This document shows, in pieces, positions 19,394 to 27,374 of a stretch of 64,000 bases of DNA. Position 1 is the stretch's first letter. Each line of letters begins with the position of its first letter. The stretch is from an uncultured Actinomycetota bacterium. GTDB taxonomy: Bacteria; Actinomycetota; Actinomycetes; Actinomycetales; Microbacteriaceae. The notes beneath the pieces are model-generated. The model saw nothing but the letters and a program-made list of their open reading frames with translations, searched no databases and was not told where the DNA came from. The position numbers were made by a program, and so were the translations under genes. The stretch is from positions 26,708 through 90,707 of the forward strand of contig CAVZZQ010000004.1 in the NCBI GenBank assembly GCA_963779775.1, read 5' to 3'.

Positions 19394-20099
19394 AATCCAG
19401 CCAGACGTATTCAGAGACCAGCACATGACGGATGCTGGCCACGATACGGTCGACTGCCCCTTGAGCGCGCGAGTCGTGCTCTGCAATGGTTCGCTTCCGA
19501 TTCATGAAGTACGTCGCGACATCGGTTGCTTGAAGAAGTCGGCTGGCATGCGAGGGACCGAAATACATCGTGTCGGAGAGGTTCCTCAACTGTCCTTGCG
19601 TGTAGCCGGGCACCGCTCCGATCTTGAAGTCGCGCAAGTTCCTGCGGCTACTGGCTGCGCTGTGGTGATCGTCTGCCAGCACCACGGCGACCTCACCGGG
19701 GGTACGTCCAATGCGCTGATCGACTTCCTCGAGAATCTGAGCCAACGTGAGCAAGTGAGGAGGGTAGGCGTTTACGCCATACCGCGCTCGATGGTTGACG
19801 AGGTTAATCCCCCGGAAGATGAACTCCGCTCCAGACCGCTGGACAGCCTTGGCCACTAACTCGCTCGCCTTCGCGCGCCAAATGACCGGCACTGGGTCCC
19901 ATTTTCCCTCGCCATGGAACATTTCGTTGCCATGGAACTCGGTCTGAGGATCGAACCCCGGCACCTCTGTGGCAACCAGTCTGCTGATACCGTCTAGACC
20001 CGCTTCGATGGAACGTGCAGCGGCATCATCCACGATGAGACCGCCGAAAAAGTAGTACTGATTGTCCCGCGCGGATTCATCCAGATAGACAGCGCGCAT
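19392..20099 (-). CDS. DUF3800 domain protein (RNase H-like fold)
   Basis: VYLDES N-terminus, EFHG, central acidic motif LADD, SHASRLLQATD C-terminal motif; more A/T-rich than neighbours. Confidence 0.85.
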   Translation of the reverse strand: MRAVYLDESARDNQYYFFGGLIVDDAAARSIEAGLDGISRLVATEVPGFDPQTEFHGNEMFHGEGKWDPVPVIWRAKASELVAKAVQRSGAEFIFRGINLVNHRARYGVNAYPPHLLTLAQILEEVDQRIGRTPGEVAVVLADDHHSAASSRRNLRDFKIGAVPGYTQGQLRNLSDTMYFGPSHASRLLQATDVATYFMNRKRTIAEHDSRAQGAVDRIVASIRHVLVSEYVWLD

Positions 20100-20131
20100 G
20101 CGAGGACGCTACCGCCCTGCGTGTCTCTCCG

Positions 20132-20533
20132 ATGCCGGCCGTCCTCTCCGCAGTCGTGATCTGGGCGCACCGCGCCGTGCTGGCGCAGCGCCGCGCTGCA
20201 CTCAGCAGCGCCATCCACGGAGCGATCGTGGCGGCGCTCGAGTATCCGGCCGACAAGCGCTTTCAGCGGTTCGTGGCGCTCGATGACGAGGACTTCATCC
20301 ATCCTGAGGATCGCGGCGTCGACTAAACGATCATCGAGGTCTCGATGTTCGAGGGGCGGTCGGAGGCGGCCAAGCGCCGGCTCATCGCCGAGCTGTTCGA
20401 GCGCGTGGAGCGCGAGGCGGGCGTGCCGCCGCAGAGCCTCGAGATCACGATCACGGAGACGCCGAAGGTGAACTGGGGCATCCGCGGGCAGAACGCCGCC
20501 GACCTCGCGCTGGGGTACCAGGTCGAGGTCTAG
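20132..20533 (+). pseudogene. Tautomerase-family gene interrupted by an in-frame TAA (20324-20326)
   Basis: YPADKRFQRF...EDRGVD*TIIEVSMFEGRS...ITETPKVNWGIRG in a single frame; start uncertain. Confidence 0.75.
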
Positions 20534-20561
20534 GTCGGACCTGGACGGCGGGCGCTAGACC

Positions 20562-21281
20562 CTACCGGCGAGACGCCGACAGTGCCTCCCGGAGCAGCAC
20601 GAACGGTGCCTGCTCCCCCGTCGGATCTCCGTCTGCGATCTCGGGATGCCACTGCACCCCGAGGATCCACTCGCCGGGTCGATCGCTCGCGATCGCCTCG
20701 ACCAGTCCGTCGTCGGAGGTCGCGACGACCTGCAGACCCTCGCCCACCTCGCGAATGCCCTGGTGATGACCTGACGCCACCCGGAGCCGGGTGCCGCCCG
20801 AGGCAACGTGCCAACGGAGAATCCGGCGCGAGCTCGACGTCGTGCCAGACGAAGATGTCGCGAATGTCGTCGTGCGTGGGCTCCGACGGGAGGTGGACGA
20901 CTGCGACGGCTCGAGGTCGACGTGAAGGGTTCCCCCGCGCTGGACGTTCAGCAGTTGCGCACCGCGGCAGATCGCCAGCAGAGGCTTGTCGTTGGCCGCG
21001 GCGTATTCGAGCACCTGGAGGTCGAGCGCGTCCTGGGCAGGGTTGACGTCGTACACCTCACCGGGCTCGGCGGTCTCGCCGTAGAGCGCCGGATCGAGGT
21101 CGCCTCCGCCGGGCACGACGAATCCGTCGAACCCGTCCAAGCTGTCGCCCTCGTCGACGACCGTCACGTCGAAACCGGTCTTCTCGGCGAGCTCTACGAC
21201 GAGATCCAAGAGCTCCCGGGCCTCCGCTTCTTCCGCGCTCAGGCGCGCGGGGACAGCGATCTTGAAACGTGCGTCAGTCAT
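20562..21281 (-). CDS. Gamma-glutamyl-GABA hydrolase / peptidase C26 glutamine amidotransferase with two compensating frameshifts
   Basis: PGGGDLDP, LAICRGAQ, HHQG, GVQWHPE; segment about 20806-20905 reads HDVELAPDSPLAR only in the shifted frame. Confidence 0.85.
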   Translation of the reverse strand: MTDARFKIAVPARLSAEEAEARELLDLVVELAEKTGFDVTVVDEGDSLDGFDGFVVPGGGDLDPALYGETAEPGEVYDVNPAQDALDLQVLEYAAANDKPLLAICRGAQLLNVQRGGTLHVDLEPSQSSTSRRSPRTTTFATSSSGTTSSSRRILRWHVASGGTRLRVASGHHQGIREVGEGLQVVATSDDGLVEAIASDRPGEWILGVQWHPEIADGDPTGEQAPFVLLREALSASRR

Positions 21282-21449
21282 GTCCGAACCCCTGCGTGAA
21301 CTCCATGGCGAGAGTCTGTCAAGCAACGGCGATTACGTCATCCCACCTCAGGAACGTCCACGCCATCCGTATCAGCCGACTCGGTCAGGGCCGGCTCGGA
21401 TGACTCGTCGCCGAGTGACGCGTCAGGCTGCACGGCTTCCGGCACGGGG

Positions 21450-21740
21450 TCATAGCCCATGCGGTGCCGGCCGGTCATGCGGCCACCGTGCCAGCGTCGG
21501 CCGCAGCCGCACCGCGCCCGCGCCCGCCGTCGCGGAGGAGCGGGCGTAGCCGACCGGCTCGTGCTGGTCGAAGACCTTCGATCCGCTGCCGACCACCGTT
21601 GTTCCGCCGCTGAAGATCTTGGGGTCCCTCATGAGCGGGCTGGAACCTCGTGCCACCACGAGAGCCGTCACGCAATCCTCGAAACTCTCGGCGGGGAAGC
21701 GGAAGAACATCTGATCGATCGTGTACTCGTAGTGCCACAT
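21450..21740 (-). CDS. Hypothetical protein (possibly frameshifted near 21540, true stop perhaps at 21475)
   Basis: AGGGG then ATG; protein-like N-terminus MWHYEYTIDQMFFRFP; no family recognised. Confidence 0.35.
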   Translation of the reverse strand: MWHYEYTIDQMFFRFPAESFEDCVTALVVARGSSPLMRDPKIFSGGTTVVGSGSKVFDQHEPVGYARSSATAGAGAVRLRPTLARWPHDRPAPHGL

Positions 21741-21991
21741 CGAAGTGCCCCTGAGTCGCAGAAGTCGCGCCGCGATAGTCGTCCAGTGACAGTGGCGGGG
21801 TCTGGGCTTCTGCCGGTGGCATCCGGGAATGAGGCGAACGCCACGCTGGGCGGAGACTGGCCGCCCACTCGGAGACTAAGCCCAATCGGGCGACTTAAGG
21901 GCGAATCCGACCGATTGGTAGTCGCCTCGCGGGCGCTCTTCGTCTGACTCCCCGCCTCGGCCATGTCATCGGCCGCGGCTAGCCTCGCCGC

Positions 21992-22636
21992 ATGACGGAA
22001 CCCCTCTCTGACGCAGACTTCTCGGTGGCCGACGGAGTCGAAGACTGGCGCGTGCTGTACTGGGGCGCGAAGGCCCTCTTCCGCACCGGCGACTTCGCGA
22101 CCGGAGCGAAGTTCGTCGCCGCGATCGCCGAGCATGCGGCCGAGCTCGGGCACGATCCGCTGGTCGATCTGCGCGACGACAGCGTGGCAGTGCAGGTCGT
22201 GACAGTCGGCATCGGCCTGAGCGATCAGGATCTGGAGCTGGCTCGGCGGGTGACGCGCACGGCGACCGAGATGGGGCTGCCGGCCGATCCCTCGGCCGTG
22301 CAGCAGCTGGAGCTCGCGGTCGACGCCGCGGATCCCTCGGCGCTCGTGCCCTTCTGGCGCGCGGCGCTGGGCTACGTCCAAGTCGCCGAGACGCTGCTCG
22401 TCGAGCCGAACCTGATCGGGCCGTCGTTCTCGATCCACGGCAAGGAGTACGTGGCGCCGCGCAACCGTATCCATGTCGACGTCTCGGTGCCCTACGACCA
22501 GGCGCAGGCGCGCGTCGACGCGGTGCTCGCCGCCGGCGGCCGGATACTCGGCGATCGGAACGCGCCGTCGTACTGGTCGCTCATCGATCCCGAAGGCAAT
22601 GTGGTCGACATCGCCACGTGGCAGGGGCGCGACTGA
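21992..22636 (+). CDS. Pterin-carbinolamine dehydratase-like / VOC (glyoxalase) fusion protein
   Basis: N-terminal GHDPLVDLR...GLSDQDLELA; C-terminal FWRAALGY, RNRIHVDV, DPEGNVVDI. Confidence 0.85.
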   Translation: MTEPLSDADFSVADGVEDWRVLYWGAKALFRTGDFATGAKFVAAIAEHAAELGHDPLVDLRDDSVAVQVVTVGIGLSDQDLELARRVTRTATEMGLPADPSAVQQLELAVDAADPSALVPFWRAALGYVQVAETLLVEPNLIGPSFSIHGKEYVAPRNRIHVDVSVPYDQAQARVDAVLAAGGRILGDRNAPSYWSLIDPEGNVVDIATWQGRD

Positions 22637-22795
22637 CGCTCGGCCTGCTCGGCGGGAGCGCTACGACCTCTCGGTCTCCGAGTCAGGGATCGGGACCTGG
22701 ATGGAGTGCACATCGAGCGCGGGAAGGTCGGCTGGGTCAGGAGTGCTCATCTGGTTCCGTTCTCTCGGGGGTCGGTTGGGGGCGCTCGTCATGAG

Positions 22796-23295
22796 TCATT
22801 CGGCCGGCGCGAGGCCGATCGACGAGCAGAAGGCTGTCGTCGCTCAGGCCGTCCTTATTGGGAAGGACGGCGATCCGGTCGTCGCTGAGCACGCAGGCCG
22901 TCGGGTTCGGGACGTCGTAGGGGCCGGCCGCCGGGTCGCCACTGGTCGGAACGGCGCGGTACCCGGCCTCACAGGTTTCGAGAGCAAAGGCAACGCGCTC
23001 CGCGAGCGAATCGACCCGAGCCTTGTCTGCGACTCCCGGCGGATACTGCGAGGTGCCGTGCGGGTCGTTGATGTTGGCGGTGGTGTAGCAGTCGAAGCTG
23101 CTGTTCAGTGCCTCGACACTCGCCCGGTAGATCACCGCTCCGGCCGTGGTGGAACCCACGATCGCGATGGCGATCGCGCCCCCCACGATGAATCGGATGC
23201 GGCGGGTGCGACGACGCTTCGGCACGGCGATCAAGATCGCGCGACGCATGTCGGCGATCTGGATCTCGGTGGGCGGCAAGGTCTCGACACGTCAT
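22796..23295 (-). CDS. Single-TM, Cys-containing putative anti-sigma partner; two apparent +1 frameshifts (about 23289 and 22835)
   Basis: ATGA overlap with the sigma stop; basic patch, TM helix, spaced Cys; corrected end AFCSSIGLAPAE*. Confidence 0.6.
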
Positions 23296-23855
23296 GAGCG
23301 GACCTCCTTTGCTGGGGCGAGCGCCCTCTGAAGTCGGACGCGTACGCGGGAGAGGCGGTTGCGGACAGCGCCGTGCGACACACCGAGAACGTGTGCAGCA
23401 TCGATGTAGCTCAAGCCGTCCTCGATGCACAGCTTGAACAGCGTCTGATCGGCCGGGCTGAGCTGTTGGATGGCGGCGGCGACCGACGACCGGAGCTCAC
23501 CGGTCATGGCCTCCAGCTCGGGATCCGGTCGAGTGCTGATCACCTCGTTCTCATCCAGGGTGTCGCGGCGCGCGAGTTCCCTGGCGACGGCACGACGTCT
23601 GTTGCGGGCGTGATTGCGGCAGGTCACGATCAGCCACGGGAGCGCGGAACCGTCGACCAAGCGGATCGAGCGAGCCCGTCCCGCAAGTGTGATGAAGGTC
23701 TCTTGCGTGGCGTCTTCGGCATCCTCGTCCGACCGCAGTTCGGCGCGCGCAAAGCGGTACACCGATCGCACATGGCGGTCGTAGAGCTGGCCGAGGGCGA
23801 GGCGATCACCGGCACCGACCTGGGCGACGAGGTCGCTGTCGCTGACTGCACTCAC
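23292..23855 (-). CDS. ECF RNA polymerase sigma factor
   Basis: LYDRHVRSVYRFA, DAEDATQETF, PWL, LSYIDAAHVLGVSHGAVRNRLSRVR. Confidence 0.92.
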   Translation of the reverse strand: MSAVSDSDLVAQVGAGDRLALGQLYDRHVRSVYRFARAELRSDEDAEDATQETFITLAGRARSIRLVDGSALPWLIVTCRNHARNRRRAVARELARRDTLDENEVISTRPDPELEAMTGELRSSVAAAIQQLSPADQTLFKLCIEDGLSYIDAAHVLGVSHGAVRNRLSRVRVRLQRALAPAKEVRS

Positions 23856-23960
23856 ACTAGGGAGTGTCCACCGCGAGCGGTTCGTCTCAGGGTTTTTCTC
23901 GGCGATTGCCGAACGGGAGGGGAACCACGGTGACGCCGGGCTCCCCTCCCAGAGCGCCGA

Positions 23961-24008
23961 CTAGCAGCAGGGGCCGCCGCAGCAGCCGTCTTCGCAGCAT
24001 CCAGTCAT
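23961..24008 (-). CDS. Cys-rich micropeptide MTGCCEDGCCGGPCC (putative metal/arsenite-binding)
   Basis: GGGGAGGTGA Shine-Dalgarno with GGAGG 7 nt before ATG; 31 nt downstream of the arsC stop. Confidence 0.6.
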   Translation of the reverse strand: MTGCCEDGCCGGPCC

Positions 24009-24039
24009 GTGTTCACCTCCCCTATCGCGTGAAGTGGAG

Positions 24040-24447
24040 TCAGGCGGCGGGCGCGATCTCGGCGAGCAGCGCCTCGATGCGGGCCTTGATGTCGTCGCGA
24101 ACCTCGCGCACCACCTCGATGGGCTGGCCGGCCGGGTCGGTGAGCTCCCAGTCCTCGTAGCGCTTGCCGGGGAAGATCGGGCAGGTGTCGCCGCAGCCCA
24201 TGGTGATGACGACGTCACTCTCGCGTACGGCATCCGTGGTCAGGATCTTCGGCGCGTTGCCGGTGATGTCGATGCCCTCTTCGGCCATGACGGCGATCGC
24301 GTTCGGGTTGATCTGGTCGGCCGGCTCGGATCCCGCCGAACGGATCTCGACCCGGTCACCGCCGAACGCCTGGGCATAGCCGGCGGCCATCTGCGAGCGC
24401 CCGGCGTTGTGCACGCAGACGAACAGGATCATCGGCTTCTCGGCCAC
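24040..24447 (-). CDS. arsC: Arsenate reductase, LMW-PTP family
   Basis: CVHNAGRSQMA P-loop, SAGSEP, ITMGCGDTCP, DP. Confidence 0.92.
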   Translation of the reverse strand: MAEKPMILFVCVHNAGRSQMAAGYAQAFGGDRVEIRSAGSEPADQINPNAIAVMAEEGIDITGNAPKILTTDAVRESDVVITMGCGDTCPIFPGKRYEDWELTDPAGQPIEVVREVRDDIKARIEALLAEIAPAA

Positions 24448-24467
24448 GATCGGCACCTTTCCAGAAC

Positions 24468-24516
24468 ATTGATGGATGTCGATATAAGAGTCACCAATAC
24501 ATCGACGTTTGTCAAT
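24468..24516. promoter_or_regulatory. Two ArsR-type operator palindromes in the divergent arsC/arsR promoter
   Basis: ATTGATGGATGTCGAT (24468-24483) and ATCGACGTTTGTCAAT (24501-24516), both ATYGA-N6-TCRAT. Confidence 0.7.
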
Positions 24517-24536
24517 CTATATGCCACAATCGTCGC

Positions 24537-24887
24537 ATGACGCTGATGGAACTGCTCCCGGTACGCGACGTGACGGCCTGCTGCTCGCCGCTGACCGGCG
24601 AGGCCATCAGTCAGGAGAACGCGGTCAGCCTGGCCTCGTCGCTGCGCGCCCTGGCCGATCCGGCGCGACTGCGCATCATCTCGATGGTCGCCGCGCACGA
24701 GAACGCCGAAGCCTGCGTCTGCGATCTGACCGAGCCGCTCGACCTGCAGCAATCCACCGTGTCGCACCACCTGAAGATCCTGGTGGAGGCCGGCTACCTC
24801 ACCCGCTCGAAGCGCGGCACCTGGGGGTACTACCGGCTGGTGCCCGGCGCGCTCGACGGAGTCGCCGCCCTGCTCACCACGGTCTAG
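24537..24887 (+). CDS. arsR: As/Sb-sensing ArsR repressor
   Basis: N-terminal CC, ALADPARLRI, EACVCDL, QSTVSHHLKIL; divergent from arsC. Confidence 0.9.
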   Translation: MTLMELLPVRDVTACCSPLTGEAISQENAVSLASSLRALADPARLRIISMVAAHENAEACVCDLTEPLDLQQSTVSHHLKILVEAGYLTRSKRGTWGYYRLVPGALDGVAALLTTV

Positions 24888-24984
24888 TCGGCGGTAGTGG
24901 GCTACGGCCCCTATGCCGGCAGATGGCGCGACGTCGTGATGATCGAGCGGCGCAGCCGGCTCGTCGGGATGGAGTGAGGCGGTC

Positions 24985-25434
24985 TTAGCGGACGGCGGCG
25001 GTCGCGGCCAGGATTCCGTTCAACGCGTCGCGCGCCCGCTCGAGCTCGGGGATGCCGACGCCGAGTCGGTCCATGATCTGCCCCGGCACCGTGAGCGCCC
25101 GCTCGCGCAGGGCGACCCCTGCGGGCGTGAGCGACACGGCCAGGGCGCGGTCGTCATCCGGATCACGCCGCCGCTCGATCAGCCCGGCCGCCTCGAGTCG
25201 CTTGAGCAGCGGGCTGAGAGTGGCCGGCTCGAGGTAGAGCGCCTCGGCCAGGTCGCGGACCCGGCTCGGGCTGCGCTCCCAGAGGGCGAGCATCACGAGG
25301 TACTGGGGATGGGTCAGGCCCAGCGGCTCGAGCACCGGGCCGTAGACGCTCACCACACGGCGCGCCGTGGTCACCAGCGCGAAGCACACCTGGCGGTCGA
25401 GGGCGAGGGGATCGACGGTCACGCTTGCTGGCAT
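24985..25434 (-). CDS. MarR family (OhrR-like) regulator
   Basis: LDRQVCFAL, LGLTHPQYLVMLALWE, TLSPLLKRLE, DDR; start codon uncertain. Confidence 0.88.
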   Translation of the reverse strand: MPASVTVDPLALDRQVCFALVTTARRVVSVYGPVLEPLGLTHPQYLVMLALWERSPSRVRDLAEALYLEPATLSPLLKRLEAAGLIERRRDPDDDRALAVSLTPAGVALRERALTVPGQIMDRLGVGIPELERARDALNGILAATAAVR

Positions 25435-25475
25435 CCCATCAGCATAGTGCACGAATAGTTAGTACACTCAGCATT

Positions 25476-25700
25476 GTGAGCGAACGAACCAGCTGGTGGA
25501 ACCGCCTCAACCGAGCCCTCATCCCGTACCTGGGACCCCCACCACTCGGCCCGGGGCCGCAGGGCGAACGGGTTCCGGATGCGGCATCCCTCGCTCCGCG
25601 CTGCCCGCTGTGCGGCGAACCGATGTCGGCCCACGAGATCGAGCGCACCGCCGACTGGAGCACGCCGACGCGGCTGCATTGCCCTGAGCGGGCCGCCTGA
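25476..25700 (+). CDS. Small putative zinc-binding protein (CPLC...H...HC)
   Basis: LNRALIPYLGPPPLG, RCPLCGEPMSAH, RLHCP; divergent from marR across imperfect palindrome GTGCACGAATAGTTAGTACAC (25447-25467). Confidence 0.7.
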   Translation: MSERTSWWNRLNRALIPYLGPPPLGPGPQGERVPDAASLAPRCPLCGEPMSAHEIERTADWSTPTRLHCPERAA

Positions 25701-25728
25701 CACCGGGATCGATCACCCGCGCAGCGAC

Positions 25729-26067
25729 CTAGTCGTCTTCGCCGTCTTCGGCGTCGTCGAAGTCACCGAAGGCGTCGTCGAGCTCGACGTCGGTGTTGGC
25801 GGAGCGGTACTCCTCGATGTTCATCCAGGTGGGCGAGGTGAGGTCGAGGTCTTCGGCCAGCTCTTCGAGTTGCGCCTCGGTGAGGCGGTCCTCGAAGAGG
25901 GTGCGCACGGCATCCAGACTCGAATGCTCGGTGACCGGCACGACATCGTCGTCGTCGTTGTCCGGATCGGACAGTTGCTGATCGTCAGGGCTCATGTACT
26001 GCTCGAAGAATTCGTTCTCGAGCACATCGATGTCGAACTCGTCGCCGTCTTCATCCACGTCGGCCAT
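25729..26067 (-). CDS. Extremely acidic 112-aa hypothetical protein
   Basis: GAGG then ATG; about 43 D/E, 3 R and no K by manual count. Confidence 0.7.
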   Translation of the reverse strand: MADVDEDGDEFDIDVLENEFFEQYMSPDDQQLSDPDNDDDDVVPVTEHSSLDAVRTLFEDRLTEAQLEELAEDLDLTSPTWMNIEEYRSANTDVELDDAFGDFDDAEDGEDD

Positions 26068-26187
26068 GCCTCGACGATAAGCCTCTGCGTGGGGCGTGCA
26101 CCAGTGGGTTGCACGACGCGTCATGGATGCGGGAGAAGAGGACCAAAGGCCCTCACGCTGCGGCCGGTTGGCGATGAAGCTGGAGGC

Positions 26188-26715
26188 ATGAACGTAGTGG
26201 TCGTGTACGAGTCGATGTTCGGAGCCACCCGCCAGGTCGCCGAGGCACTGGCAGGGGGCATGAGTCCGGCAGCCACGGTGAGGCTCGTCAACGTGAACGA
26301 CGCCGGTGGCACATTCCCCGCGGCCGACCTGGTGCTGGTCGGCGGTCCGACCCATGTGCACGGCATGAGCCGCCCCGAGACCCGTCACGAGGCTGTCGCC
26401 TGGACTCAGGACCCTGCCCGGCACCTCTCTCTCGAGCCCGGCGCACCCGGCATCGGGATCCGCGAATGGCTCGACGGCCTGACCGGCCCGGTCGGACGCT
26501 TCCTGGCCTTCGACACCCGCGCCGACACGTCTCGCTTGCTGAGCGGATCGGCGGCGACCCACATCCAGAAGCGGCTTCGCCGTGCGGGCGGCGAGCCCGT
26601 CGCCGAGCCGGAGAGCTTTCTCGTGCACGACAACGGTCTGGACCCCGGCGAGTTGGCAAGGGCCGAGGCTCTTGGTGGGATCCTGGTGGCGTTGACGAGC
26701 CGCACCCCGGCCTGA
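26188..26715 (+). CDS. Flavodoxin-like protein
   Basis: VVYESMFGATRQVA, VGGPTH, AFDTR; GGAGG RBS. Confidence 0.88.
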   Translation: MNVVVVYESMFGATRQVAEALAGGMSPAATVRLVNVNDAGGTFPAADLVLVGGPTHVHGMSRPETRHEAVAWTQDPARHLSLEPGAPGIGIREWLDGLTGPVGRFLAFDTRADTSRLLSGSAATHIQKRLRRAGGEPVAEPESFLVHDNGLDPGELARAEALGGILVALTSRTPA

Positions 26716-26726
26716 ACGGCCGGTTC

Positions 26727-27374
26727 TCAGCGCTGCAGCCAGGCCAGCACGGCGAGCACGCGCCGGTGGTCCTCGCCCGAGTCGTCGAGCGCGAGCTTGC
26801 CGAAGATCGACGTGACGTTCTTCTCGACGGCGCCGACTCCGATGAAGAGGTGGGATGCGATCGCGGCGTTGGTGCGCCCCTCCGCCATGAGCTGAAGCAC
26901 CTCGCGCTCACGCGGCGTGAGGCTGGCCACGGGGTCGTGGCGGCGGCCGATCAGCTGGGCGACCACCTCCGGATCGAGCACCGTGCCGCCGGCGGCGATT
27001 CGGTCGAGCGCATCGGCCAGTTCGGCGAGCGAGGCGACTCGGTCTTTGAGCAGGTAGCCGACTCCCCCGGAGCCCGAGCCGAGAAGCTCTTGGGCGTAGG
27101 CTCCCTCGACATACTGCGACAGCAGCAGGATGCCGGTGCCCGGCAGCAACGCCCGCAGCGCGATCGCGGCGCGCACGCCCTCGTCGCGGAAGGTGGGCGG
27201 CATCCGCACGTCGAGCACGGCCAGGTCGGGGCTCAGGGTCGGAGCTGCCGCCAGCAGTTCTTCGGCGTCGCCGTATGCGCCGACCACGTCGTGGCCCGCT
27301 TCGGTCAGCACGCGAACGAGGCCCTCGCGCAACAGCACCGAGTCGTCTGCTACCACTACGCGCTTGCCGGTCAC
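26727..27374 (-). CDS. NarL/LuxR family response regulator
   Basis: VADDSVLLREGL, LDVRMPP, GYLLK, LTPREREVLQLMAEG. Confidence 0.95.
   Translation of the reverse strand: MTGKRVVVADDSVLLREGLVRVLTEAGHDVVGAYGDAEELLAAAPTLSPDLAVLDVRMPPTFRDEGVRAAIALRALLPGTGILLLSQYVEGAYAQELLGSGSGGVGYLLKDRVASLAELADALDRIAAGGTVLDPEVVAQLIGRRHDPVASLTPREREVLQLMAEGRTNAAIASHLFIGVGAVEKNVTSIFGKLALDDSGEDHRRVLAVLAWLQR

Noticed and set aside
20324-20326. Programmed stop-codon readthrough in the tautomerase gene
   Set aside because: TAA is most simply a TAC-to-TAA change or a base-call error; no recoding signal, and the gene start also looks degraded
21331-21348. attR copy of the tRNA-Gly 3' end (GATTACGTCATCCC versus GATTCCCGTCATCCC)
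   Set aside because: Only 9 contiguous matching bases and no integrase; compatible with chance
21785-21802. Cobalamin riboswitch suggested by CCCGCCACTGT on the minus strand
   Set aside because: The other conserved elements (GGGAA, GGTGxAAxTCC, B12 box) are not recognisable and the downstream gene is not B12-related
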